A stretch of 64,000 bases of DNA from an uncultured Fibrobacterales bacterium (GCA_963934255.1 CAWVXU010000003.1:4209-68208); one strand, 5' to 3'; shown: positions 39,251 to 48,404, counted from the stretch's first letter. Program-made: numbers and translations. The notes: generated by a model from the sequence alone, not told the origin.

Positions 39251-40549
39251 CTAACGGACTAATAATTTTTGTGACATTGAGGATACAGCACCTTCGGCGG
39301 AAATCTCTAAGAAATAAATCCCCTGCTGTAACTCTTGAGACCACTGAGTCAGATCAGTATTAGAACCAGTATTTTGAACTTGAACACCGAGCGAATTCGT
39401 TAGTTTCACCTGAATATTTTGACCATTGGAATTACTTAATTGAAGGTAACTCTTATTAATTTCTAATACTTTAATTCCTAATTCTAGCTCATAAAAATCT
39501 AGCGCAGAAGCAGTTTCTGAACTCGAAGAAACTTCCCCAGATGAACTCACAGCCACTTCGCTAGAGCTTGAAGCAACTGATGAGGAGGAAACCGGGATAA
39601 CATCGTCGTGATATTGTGGGGTGACGACTTCGTTAATAGCTTTAAGAAGTGAATATTCGTGGTAAATATTATCCTGGCTCACTTCCCAAATCATGATGCC
39701 CGCATAGCCTTCATCTTTGACATATTGTGTCTTTTTTTTGATTAGATCATAACCATTAAAATAATGACCGTCCCAAACATCGACTGAGGGCAATATATCT
39801 GGGTTAGCAGTTAATATTTCAGAATATTTTATCGTACTACTCCAGTTTTTTAATCCATAAAAAGGAACTCCGACGATGATTTTACTTTTAGGAACACCTT
39901 TATTGACCCAATAATTAATGTGGTTCACCATTTTATCATAAGAAGAATGATTTTGATCCCAACCGCTTTCGACCCAATCATCATATGCCATAATATTGAC
40001 ATAGTCCACGTTGGTAAACAAAGATACCGGAAAGTACTTACCATTATAACCAGTCGCTGGGACATCAACACTTATGGTGGATCCTGCAGGAAGTGCGGTC
40101 TTTAACTGAGCTAAAAATGTTGCATAGTTATTTTGCTCAGTGGTTGATGAAGGGAATTCCCAATCAATATCTACACCAGTGAATTGAAAATCATCAACAA
40201 GCTTGACAATGTTTTCAATAAAAGTTGCCCTATAGGTGGGGCCAGTAGCACTAGCAAATCCGCCAGAATTGTTATTACCACCAATAGTTAGCACAGCTCG
40301 AGTGCCTCGAACAATGGCAATCTCAGCCCACACTCCTCCATCATTTGGGTTGAGTGTGGCAGGTAAAGTCATTGTCCCGTTGTATACAGGTACTGCAGTG
40401 AAAAAATTTAGCTGGGACAATGATTCGATGTGCTCAAGTTGAAATCCAAAACCAGATCCATAATCCGGAAAAAACCCAACCACTTCGAATGACCAACTCG
40501 ATATTGTCAAAATTAGGGTGGTAATAATTGCTTTGAATGATTGCTTCAT
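39251..40549 (-). CDS. Glycoside hydrolase family 18 chitinase with Ser-rich linker and T9SS-type C-terminal domain
   Basis: Catalytic motif FTGVDIDWEFP (DxxDxDxE) and MAYD. Linker SSSSVASSSSEVAVSSSGEVSSSSE. C-terminus ...QGIYFLEISAEG...SQKLLVR. Start taken at MKQSFKAIITTLIL (signal peptide); the track ORF begins 30 nt earlier at 40579. Confidence 0.85.
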   Translation of the reverse strand: MKQSFKAIITTLILTISSWSFEVVGFFPDYGSGFGFQLEHIESLSQLNFFTAVPVYNGTMTLPATLNPNDGGVWAEIAIVRGTRAVLTIGGNNNSGGFASATGPTYRATFIENIVKLVDDFQFTGVDIDWEFPSSTTEQNNYATFLAQLKTALPAGSTISVDVPATGYNGKYFPVSLFTNVDYVNIMAYDDWVESGWDQNHSSYDKMVNHINYWVNKGVPKSKIIVGVPFYGLKNWSSTIKYSEILTANPDILPSVDVWDGHYFNGYDLIKKKTQYVKDEGYAGIMIWEVSQDNIYHEYSLLKAINEVVTPQYHDDVIPVSSSSVASSSSEVAVSSSGEVSSSSETASALDFYELELGIKVLEINKSYLQLSNSNGQNIQVKLTNSLGVQVQNTGSNTDLTQWSQELQQGIYFLEISAEGAVSSMSQKLLVR

Positions 40550-40634
40550 TTTAATCTCCGAATTTTCACTTACTCCCATTCTATATTCTTAAAATCGTGA
40601 GAGTTCAATCAGATTGAAAGATTCGGACTCAAGC

Positions 40635-40707
40635 TGTACACAATGGCAAAAAAGTGATGAAAGAGACAAAAACCTAAATAAATGCTACGCGTACACTCAA
40701 TGTGTAC
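40635..40707. repeat. GTACAC half-sites: inverted repeat GTACAC-N5-GTGTAC (40691-40707) plus an upstream TGTACAC (40635-40641)
   Basis: Read directly in the divergent GH18 <-> TIGR02147 intergenic region. Candidate operator. Confidence 0.4.
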
Positions 40708-40759
40708 AGAGATTTAATTACTTGTGTCCGATGAGCAATTGTGATATTACTTTATTAGT

Positions 40760-41617
40760 ATGGATAAAATTTTTCAATACACCGATTATAGGCAATATCT
40801 CAAAGCTTATTATGATTTTAAGAAGGAAACGACTTCTTACTTTTCATACCGATATTTCTCTTTGAAGGCTGGGATTAATTCACCTTCCTACCTTAAAAGT
40901 GTGATTGAAGGTAAACGCAATTTATCCAAAGTTTCCACTGAGAAATTTATTCAAGGGCTAGGGCACTCAGAAAAAGAAGCTCAATACTTCCGAGTTCTCA
41001 TTTTATTTAATCAATCAAGTGTGCCTGAAGAAAAACAACAATTCTATACTCAGATGCTTGCCATGTCAGATTTTGTGAATGACACCAAGCTCTCGTCTAA
41101 CCAATACCAATATTTGAAAAATTGGTACACCCCTGTTATCCGCGAGTTAGTCAGCTATTTCGACTTTGAAAATGACTTTCAACTTTTAGCAGATGCAGTC
41201 TTCCCACCGATTACTGAAAACGCCGCGAAGCGTTCTTTTGAATTTTTACTCAAAAGTAAATTAATCAAAAAATCTCCCGCAGGCCTTTATAATCAAACCA
41301 ACCGAGCTCTGACTTCCGGCAAAGATCATCCGGAGACTCTCGGACTAGTTCGAAGAAACTACCATAAACAGATGATTCAAAAGGCTGCAGATAGTCTTGA
41401 TGAAGTTTCCATTGAAGAGCGTCTGGCTATGGGGATTTCTGTAGGGATTTCTAAAACGGGATATGATGTGCTTCTTTCTGAGATAGCAGCATTTCGAGAA
41501 CGCATAATAACTCTTGTTGATAAAGACCAGGCGACTCACCGGACTTATCAATTTAATATTCAGCTTTTCCCTACGAGTTTTGGTCTTGATGAAATTCACG
41601 AACGGAGTGAAAAATGA
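40760..41617 (+). CDS. TIGR02147 / DUF4423 family protein, second copy
   Basis: MDKIFQYTDYRQYLKAYYDFKK, GKRNLS, WYTPVIRELV, and YQFNIQLFP near the C-terminus. Colinear with ORF 918-1787. Confidence 0.8.
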   Translation: MDKIFQYTDYRQYLKAYYDFKKETTSYFSYRYFSLKAGINSPSYLKSVIEGKRNLSKVSTEKFIQGLGHSEKEAQYFRVLILFNQSSVPEEKQQFYTQMLAMSDFVNDTKLSSNQYQYLKNWYTPVIRELVSYFDFENDFQLLADAVFPPITENAAKRSFEFLLKSKLIKKSPAGLYNQTNRALTSGKDHPETLGLVRRNYHKQMIQKAADSLDEVSIEERLAMGISVGISKTGYDVLLSEIAAFRERIITLVDKDQATHRTYQFNIQLFPTSFGLDEIHERSEK

Positions 41618-43215
41618 AAAACCTCAATTCTCATTCCAATATTTTACTCAATCTAACTCTAGCCAGCCTGTTCACCTTCATGTCAATGGGTTGTTCTGAT
41701 ACCCAAGTCGCCGGTGGATCAACCACCACTGAAAATGGCATCGTAACAGGAACTGTCACCAACTCACAAGGTCAAATAAAAGCTCAATCTAAAGTCAGCC
41801 TACTACCTAATAACTTTGATCCGCTTTTGGATTCAGATTCTTTAATCCAAATTTCAGAAACTGATTCGACGGGTTACTTTGAGTTTGAAGTCGCCCTCAC
41901 TGAAATTGAAGACAATATTGAAAACAATCAAGCAGAATATACCATACTCGTTGAAGGAAATACTGAGGCCGCTCTCTTAAGTTCTATTACCTCATCCACA
42001 GAAGGGTATCAAATCACCACTGGCCAATATTCAGTTCTCACTATTTTCACCACTCAAATAGACACACTCAGACTGATCGGAACTCCCTATTTAGGCATAC
42101 GTGTGGACTCATCTATTCATTTTGATTTACTCGCTCCGGGTACTTATGATGTCCTGCTTTCCAACTTATCCAATCCTGATTACACTCAGGTCTTAGTCCT
42201 TGAACCAGGTGATACTATCTCATTAAACGATCAAGCAGAACCAGTTATAGTGATTGAACCCATTGACTCTATTCCCCCGATTATCACTGATACATCTCTT
42301 ATCCCTGACACCACGGTTACCGCGACCTTCCCTGTCAACTATGTGCCGATTGACCCGAGTTGGGTTGAGCTCTATACTCACTCAAATAAAATTTATTCCC
42401 TGGCTTATGAAAGTTCAACTTGGTGGGTAGGCACAGAGTCTCAGGGTATCTGGTCCTCAACTTTTCTTTCTCTATTTGTACAAAATGGTTCTGCTCAAAC
42501 GGCACAAAATCGAGAAGCAATACTCGACTTTAAATTATGGACTCAAGACTTGAACAGAAACATGGTTATGTATGGTGATCAACATTGTTATGTCTATATC
42601 AACTCGGTCTATGCTGAAGTGGGGATCACCTTCCTTGAGTCACACTTTGGCGACCCTTGTCTCTTTTCTCACATTGACTCTGAGGGGCAGATCTATTTAG
42701 GTTTTAACAATGTGATTGAAAAAAGGAATACTTCTGGAGGTTGGACGGAGATTTTGCTTGATGAGGTTTTGGGGGTCACTTCTCATGCATATGGGTCTTG
42801 GGCTTGGAATACTCAATCGGAAATCATTCAGCTCTCTGATCTATCTGTTATTTCACTTCCAACCGAGTTTGAAGCTTCAAGTCAAGGACAAATATCTTCC
42901 ATGGTCAAGACAAATGAAGGCTTTTACTTCACTACAGCCTCCGCTATCCACTTCTTTGACGGCGTTAATTATACCGAAATAGCTCAAATTGAGTCAGCTC
43001 GTGAGCTCATGGTGAACCCTCAAGGTCAAATCACAGGGTTGAGTGGAACGACGGACTTTTTCATCTTTGATAATCAAGAGTTGACTGTTTTTCAAAATAT
43101 CAATTTATCCAACTCTAGTGGTACTTTAAAGATGACTCAAGTGGGGACTCAGTTTTACTTCACTCAGGGTGAATTTGACCTCGTAGAAGTGACTATCCCT
43201 CCCTCACTTCAATAG
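41614..43215 (+). CDS. Predicted lipoprotein with CarboxypepD_reg-like N-terminal domain and propeller-like C-terminal region
   Basis: Lipobox FMSMGC|SD. GIVTGTVTNSQGQ...DSTGYFEFEV has the carboxypeptidase-regulatory fold pattern. STWWVGTESQGIWSS resembles regulator-propeller blades. ATGA overlap with the TIGR02147 stop. Confidence 0.7.
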   Translation: MKNLNSHSNILLNLTLASLFTFMSMGCSDTQVAGGSTTTENGIVTGTVTNSQGQIKAQSKVSLLPNNFDPLLDSDSLIQISETDSTGYFEFEVALTEIEDNIENNQAEYTILVEGNTEAALLSSITSSTEGYQITTGQYSVLTIFTTQIDTLRLIGTPYLGIRVDSSIHFDLLAPGTYDVLLSNLSNPDYTQVLVLEPGDTISLNDQAEPVIVIEPIDSIPPIITDTSLIPDTTVTATFPVNYVPIDPSWVELYTHSNKIYSLAYESSTWWVGTESQGIWSSTFLSLFVQNGSAQTAQNREAILDFKLWTQDLNRNMVMYGDQHCYVYINSVYAEVGITFLESHFGDPCLFSHIDSEGQIYLGFNNVIEKRNTSGGWTEILLDEVLGVTSHAYGSWAWNTQSEIIQLSDLSVISLPTEFEASSQGQISSMVKTNEGFYFTTASAIHFFDGVNYTEIAQIESARELMVNPQGQITGLSGTTDFFIFDNQELTVFQNINLSNSSGTLKMTQVGTQFYFTQGEFDLVEVTIPPSLQ

Positions 43216-43287
43216 TTGCTTTATCAAATAAAAAACCTACTTTCTACACTATAAGTCGGTATTTTTAAAACGACCCTTGGAGGTCTT

Positions 43288-46200
43288 ATGTTTTTGGCCC
43301 ATTTCCTGATATTTATATCCCCGATGATGGCCTTGGCAGCTATTAATGTTGAGATTAAAAACCCCAAGTGGGATGACGCTTCTTGGGTCTCTCATCAAGA
43401 TGACTTCAGCATTTGTAATAATAGCCCTATCAGCTACGTACTTGATGGGGTCAGGTATCAAACACCTGAGGTATCTGCTTGGACTGTCTCTGAACCTGTT
43501 CAAGGAAAAGACAAGACCTATGATTTCAAAATCCCCGAGTACAAAAAACGCGTAGGTGGTAACCAATGTCTCACCTTTGACACTGGATTTACCGGAACTC
43601 CAACGGGCAATGACTGGACCCCCTATGACCCACAAGCTTTGGTCAAGACCGGATATTGTGGTGGTCTTTCGCAAGAGCCTAACTCTAGTCCGATCACTTG
43701 TGCTGAGGCAATCTCTTCGACTCAATCAGGCGATTATTATAATGAAAATTACTGTTTAATTGACGGTTTTGGCACTCGTGGTGGCCCCATGAGTGGTGGC
43801 TGGATTGATACTTTTGAAGGTGAGACTCAAATTCAAGTAGCACTTCCTCAAATTCCTTTTAACCAAAATAGCACCTTTATCACTTTTGAGCCTGATGAAA
43901 TGGGTGGTCCGATGTATATGATGGCGCTTGCCATGGGCCAAGAATATATGCACATGGATATGCAATTTTTGATTGGTATTGGCGGGGGTGAAAACTTCAC
44001 AGGTATGGTGCACTGGGAAACCATGGGTGAAGTCGCTGGCCCTCGAGCAGGTTTGCTTTATGGTACCGGTAATAATGGAATGAATGGCGTTGATTTTGGT
44101 CCTTTTTCGATTGAGCCTCCTACGATGGGTGATAATGTTACTAAGAGTTATCCCAGCTTCTTCCCTGAATACCCCTGTCTCAGTGAAGAAAGTGCCCCCG
44201 GATGTCCATCTGGTCATGACATAGCCAACGAATACATGCAAACTCCTGGCACAGGAATGGTCGCGCCCAATTCCCCTGAGATGGCTGGAGCCGTGATTAT
44301 TTCAGGTCTAGGCTTCTGGTTTATTTATGATCTAATCGCTAATGCAACTGACTTTTGTATGGCACAAGTCATTAGTGAAGGTAAAGATTCTTTAGCCGCG
44401 ATGAAAATGATGGGTAAAGCTTATAATAAAGGAATCAACTCAGGCTATGAAAATCCATTTTCAGATCCAAGTGCTATTGGCATGGAAGACATTACCCCTT
44501 TACTCGGAGCCGGCGGTGGTTTCTATGTAGAAAAAGCCTTAAAAGGAGCCTACCCTCTCGTTGAAGCCAATCATAACTCAGAGGCTTGTGGTGGAACAGA
44601 ACCTATTTATGACGCAAAAATTGACAAGAAAACTCTCCAAGATTTTTTCTTTGGCACGGATGGCACACCCACAACTCTAGGCCATGGAGGGGTCATGCAT
44701 CACTTCAGCGCTACACCAGAAAAACGAGAGGAAATGTGGGATGATGTCATGTGTGCATTTAATTCATTAAGCTCTCATTGGTCCAATGAAACGCCTTCTA
44801 TCAGCTACCGATATGATTTCATTAGCATACTTCGAGTAGCTAAAAGGCACTTCAGTGTGGCAAGACCTCTTCCTAATAATTTCACGTACACCAACTGGCT
44901 ACTCACAAGAACTGAAAATCCAGTTGCGTGCGATGGGACAGTCATTGATGAAGTTTACCCTTGGTGGGAGATTCAATCTAAAGTTCAATCTAGTGATTTC
45001 ATTATCGAAATCAAGGTTGAAGACAATGATTCCATTGCTAAGGTAGAATGGAGCTTGGGTGATGAATGGATAAGCTGGGAACAAGCTACTTGGAAAAATG
45101 GCACAGGCAAAGGTGATGCGAGTTACAACATTCAAATCCCTCAGTCGCTTCTTCAAGAAATGGGACTTGAGAAAAGTCACTTCTTATGGATCCGAACAAC
45201 TGATGGATGTGGAAATTCAACGATCGGCAAGACACTTATAGAGGGTCAACCGCTTCCGAGTTTAGACTCAGCATTTGTATATGATGTCAATGGAGATGGT
45301 GAGGCAGATTCAATTCATGTCTACGGATCTGAATTTGAAGGTCCTGATGCCTCAGAAGCCATTAAACTTTTTGAATTTGATAGTTTATCATATGCTTGGC
45401 CAAATATATCCACACACTACCTAAGATCCCGAGCCGACTTCGAGAATGGCGAGTTTAGTATATTCGATAACGAGCTTCGAGGATCAAGTGGACAAGGCCA
45501 GGCCACACTATACATACAAGGTGGCCCTCTGAACACACCTATAGAAGACCGTATTGGTCCAGTTATATCTTATGCTGCAATAACCGATTACCCAGTTGCA
45601 TCAAAAGCTGACACTTTGATAATCCTCTTTTCTGAAGCGATTCAACTCGATTTCAAGACCGACTTCTCTTACCTTTTGGTCAATGGCGTTGAGGTCAGCT
45701 CTAGCCAAGTCAAGCACATTAATGGCCAACTTTACCATTTCATATTTCCTCGCGGTACGATCGTTAAGGATGATTTAGTTAAAATTCGATTTGAGTCTGA
45801 AATTACTGATGTCAATCAAAACCCTGCACTTGCGATCAACCAAGAAGTCATTGTCATACTCGATGAAGGACCTATTGGACTTGCCGATTCAGGTCATGGT
45901 TTCTTTGATATGAATAATGACGGAACAATGGACCGACTTGTTATTAATTTCTTAAGACCAGCACAAGGGAAGCCCATGGATGTTGAATTGAATTGGAAGG
46001 ACGATGATGATGATATACAGCTTCATACTCTGCTGATATCCGATGCCCAATTTACCAACACCCTAGCTATCTGGAACTTTGACTCTACTTTAAATTTCGC
46101 AACAGAGACAACTTACTATGATTCGACTCAGTCCAACTGGGGGCAAGTGACTGTCACACAAGACAATCTGAGTAATGGTGAGCAAACTATTCAAGTTTTC

Positions 46201-47052
46201 AATCCAAAAGATCAAATGCCACCCATTGCCATTGAATCCTTCCTTCAATTGGGAAGCACTCTGACTTCGGGCGATCAATTGAGAGTTAAATTTTCTGAGC
46301 CGATGAATACTGAGATTAATTATAGCTTAAACCTTTTTAACATCTATACACAAAACCAACCATCAAGATCTCCACAGAATTCAGATATGTCTTCTAATCG
46401 CTGGACTAGTAAAAACCACTCCATCATTGTCAAGTACAAAGGTGAGCCCTTAGAACGTCCTCAAATTGGTGATAGCCTTAATCTTGTTTCGGAACAAATT
46501 GAGATTCTTGAAGACCTTGCCAAAAACCAACCCTCCGTATTCAACCCTTTAGTTCAAATCAGAGGTAAACAAACACTTCAGTTTTTTGGACCTGACTTAG
46601 TTCATTATGCCAAGTTTGATCAGCTCAACCAAAAGCCTCCAAAAGTCATTGCCTTTGACCCTCACGCTCTAGAGTCTGATGCTTCTCTTCTCCACGATAA
46701 CCTCCCGGGTATCGGATTTGACTTTGCCTATCAGGATCAAGCAGGCGTCAGCCGAGAAGAAATGAAGCTTGACTATGAGGTTTTCTACTATACCAACTTA
46801 GGCGGATATGTCACTCACAAGGCCGGAACTTTGACTTGTTTAGATCTCGAAGATTTAGGTGTTTATGGGGCTTGTGACCCAACCAAGGTGGGTCCGTCAA
46901 AAAAAATCCGACTCTTTATTCCTTGGAACTACAAAGACAAGACTGGCAAGCTTGTAGGAAGTGGCGCCTATATTCAAAAATCAACAGTGACGATCAATCA
47001 CCTAGAAAAAATTAAATCTAGTTCGTCAAAACTCATTGGAATTAGACGTTAG
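43288..47052 (+). CDS. Large secreted protein (1,254 aa), unknown function, with DxNxDG calcium-loop-like motifs and a probable T9SS/FlgD-Ig-like C-terminal domain
   Basis: GGAGG SD 5 nt upstream. Signal peptide MFLAHFLIFISPMMALA. DVNGDGEAD and DMNNDGTMD motifs. C-terminus IPWNYKDKTGKLVGSGAYIQK...SKLIGIRR parallels the CTDs of the C25 and GH18 proteins. Confidence 0.7.
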   Translation: MFLAHFLIFISPMMALAAINVEIKNPKWDDASWVSHQDDFSICNNSPISYVLDGVRYQTPEVSAWTVSEPVQGKDKTYDFKIPEYKKRVGGNQCLTFDTGFTGTPTGNDWTPYDPQALVKTGYCGGLSQEPNSSPITCAEAISSTQSGDYYNENYCLIDGFGTRGGPMSGGWIDTFEGETQIQVALPQIPFNQNSTFITFEPDEMGGPMYMMALAMGQEYMHMDMQFLIGIGGGENFTGMVHWETMGEVAGPRAGLLYGTGNNGMNGVDFGPFSIEPPTMGDNVTKSYPSFFPEYPCLSEESAPGCPSGHDIANEYMQTPGTGMVAPNSPEMAGAVIISGLGFWFIYDLIANATDFCMAQVISEGKDSLAAMKMMGKAYNKGINSGYENPFSDPSAIGMEDITPLLGAGGGFYVEKALKGAYPLVEANHNSEACGGTEPIYDAKIDKKTLQDFFFGTDGTPTTLGHGGVMHHFSATPEKREEMWDDVMCAFNSLSSHWSNETPSISYRYDFISILRVAKRHFSVARPLPNNFTYTNWLLTRTENPVACDGTVIDEVYPWWEIQSKVQSSDFIIEIKVEDNDSIAKVEWSLGDEWISWEQATWKNGTGKGDASYNIQIPQSLLQEMGLEKSHFLWIRTTDGCGNSTIGKTLIEGQPLPSLDSAFVYDVNGDGEADSIHVYGSEFEGPDASEAIKLFEFDSLSYAWPNISTHYLRSRADFENGEFSIFDNELRGSSGQGQATLYIQGGPLNTPIEDRIGPVISYAAITDYPVASKADTLIILFSEAIQLDFKTDFSYLLVNGVEVSSSQVKHINGQLYHFIFPRGTIVKDDLVKIRFESEITDVNQNPALAINQEVIVILDEGPIGLADSGHGFFDMNNDGTMDRLVINFLRPAQGKPMDVELNWKDDDDDIQLHTLLISDAQFTNTLAIWNFDSTLNFATETTYYDSTQSNWGQVTVTQDNLSNGEQTIQVFNPKDQMPPIAIESFLQLGSTLTSGDQLRVKFSEPMNTEINYSLNLFNIYTQNQPSRSPQNSDMSSNRWTSKNHSIIVKYKGEPLERPQIGDSLNLVSEQIEILEDLAKNQPSVFNPLVQIRGKQTLQFFGPDLVHYAKFDQLNQKPPKVIAFDPHALESDASLLHDNLPGIGFDFAYQDQAGVSREEMKLDYEVFYYTNLGGYVTHKAGTLTCLDLEDLGVYGACDPTKVGPSKKIRLFIPWNYKDKTGKLVGSGAYIQKSTVTINHLEKIKSSSSKLIGIRR

Positions 47053-47093
47053 ATATATCAGCTGATATCTGAGAAAATAAAATCTAAAAAATC

Positions 47094-47126
47094 AAAAAGG
47101 AGTCTCGATCGAGGCTCCTTTTTTTT
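47094..47126. terminator. Bidirectional rho-independent terminator
   Basis: aaaaa-GGAGTCTCGA-TCGAGGCTCC-tttttttt lies between the convergent 1,254-aa gene (+) and the HDOD gene (-). Confidence 0.7.
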
Positions 47127-47144
47127 GGTGTATTTTTTTGGAGA

Positions 47145-48050
47145 TTATTGGTCAAGTAAAGCTTTGAGGCTAGGCATAGCTTTTTCAAGTTCTTCTTCTA
47201 GCTCGCCGCCGAGATTAAACACCCCTGAAAAATCACCAAATTCAGGAAACTCTTTTAAGAAAAGCTCAATGTTTTCATTGATCTCAATTTTCTTCCAGTT
47301 TCCAGAGTGCCCCATGCCTTGGGTTTGAGCGAGGATATTTCCAAGAACCACACATGCTAAAATTTCTTTGTTTTTGGGAGCCCTAAGAGGCTGATGGTGG
47401 TACTGCATACAATCAGTCACACTCTCAGGTAATTTCCACTTGACGCCAAGCCATGAGCCTATAATGCCATGATGAACAGAGAAGAATTCGGTCTCAATTT
47501 CATAAAGAAATTTCTCACCCTTTTTGGCTTCTACTATGATCGCATTGAAGTCTTCGGGAAGATACTGAAGCAAAACCACTTTGCCCAAGTCATGTAGCAA
47601 CCCAGCGATAAATGCTTGGTTGGTTTGCTCAGGAAAATATTTCTTAGCAATCAGCTTGGCTGCAATCCCGACAACCGCAGAGTGTTCCCAAAACTTGGCA
47701 AGATCCATCGTTGATGTCACACTACCGTCGCGTTTGAAAAAGTTCAGTACGGAGACACCGAGACCGATTTCTCGAACAATGTTAAAGCCAAGTAAAACAA
47801 TAGCGCGTTGCACATCATGAACTTCTGAGGTGAGCCCATAGTAGGCTGAGTTACACATTTTGATGAGCTTGGCTGTAAGTACTTGGTCTTCTAAAATTAA
47901 GTCACCTAGCTGGGTGGCCGTAGTATTAGGATGATCGACCATTTCAATAAGTCTAGCATGAATTGTGGGTAGAGTAGGGAGGTTCAGTAATGACTGAGTA
48001 ATCTTCCTTAGATATAATGCGCGTTTTGCTTTTTTTTCTTCATCTACCAT
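47145..48050 (-). CDS. HDOD domain signalling protein
   Basis: LPTLPTIHARLIEMVDHPNTT...LGDLILEDQVLTAKLIKMCNSAYYG, AIVLLGF, AGLLHDLGKVVL. Confidence 0.85.
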   Translation of the reverse strand: MVDEEKKAKRALYLRKITQSLLNLPTLPTIHARLIEMVDHPNTTATQLGDLILEDQVLTAKLIKMCNSAYYGLTSEVHDVQRAIVLLGFNIVREIGLGVSVLNFFKRDGSVTSTMDLAKFWEHSAVVGIAAKLIAKKYFPEQTNQAFIAGLLHDLGKVVLLQYLPEDFNAIIVEAKKGEKFLYEIETEFFSVHHGIIGSWLGVKWKLPESVTDCMQYHHQPLRAPKNKEILACVVLGNILAQTQGMGHSGNWKKIEINENIELFLKEFPEFGDFSGVFNLGGELEEELEKAMPSLKALLDQ

Positions 48051-48092
48051 GACTCTAATTTAACAATAAACTAGTTCAAGGTGTGTTGTTGG

Positions 48093-48404
48093 TTAGGCAC
48101 TAAAATCAAATATATCCCCGCCACCTAGATGTGCCGGTGGATGTTCAGATTTTTGTTGGAGAATTTTGTCGCGTTTGGCATTTTCACGACGCTCTTGTTC
48201 TTGTTTTTGAGCCTCTGAATCTAGCGCCTCTTGCTCACTCAGATAGTTCACTTCTTGGTCTTTTTGAGTATCCTCTTGGAGCTTTTTATTTTTATCCAAA
48301 TCTGCATCCACAACTTCTTTATGCACACGGTTATTTTCCATTTCACTAGTAGTGAAACTTCGACTAACGCTATCTTGGTTGAGAAGTGGGCTTGCGTATG
48401 TCAT
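48093..48404 (-). CDS. Hypothetical charged 103-aa protein with YjfB-like C-terminal tail
   Basis: AAGAGG SD upstream of the ATG at 48404. Glu/Gln/Lys-rich. Ends ...PPAHLGGGDIFDFSA (compare GGIDLSA of ORF 25734-25910). Lies 42 nt upstream of the HDOD gene. Confidence 0.5.
   Translation of the reverse strand: MTYASPLLNQDSVSRSFTTSEMENNRVHKEVVDADLDKNKKLQEDTQKDQEVNYLSEQEALDSEAQKQEQERRENAKRDKILQQKSEHPPAHLGGGDIFDFSA

Noticed and set aside
39138-39344. A 68-aa minus-strand ORF overlapping the 3' end of the GH18 gene.
   Set aside because: It overlaps the conserved CTD-coding end of the chitinase in another frame and runs into the intergenic spacer, with no start signals.
40614-40865. An 83-aa plus-strand ORF spanning the divergent spacer and the start of the second TIGR02147 gene.
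   Set aside because: It is out of frame with, and overlaps, a well-supported gene. It is Cys/Asn-rich, has no SD, and covers the likely promoter/operator region.
43249-44241. Two minus-strand ORFs of 158 and 161 aa (43249-43725, 43756-44241) in the supplied track.
   Set aside because: They lie entirely antisense to the 1,254-aa gene, which has a strong SD and signal peptide. Their Arg/Thr/His-rich composition is typical of shadow ORFs, and they have no start context.
47055-47068. The perfect palindrome ATATCAGCTGATAT next to the stop codon of the 1,254-aa gene.
   Set aside because: It is loop-less, so a hairpin is unlikely. The real terminator is the GC-rich hairpin at 47099-47118. It is probably coincidental.
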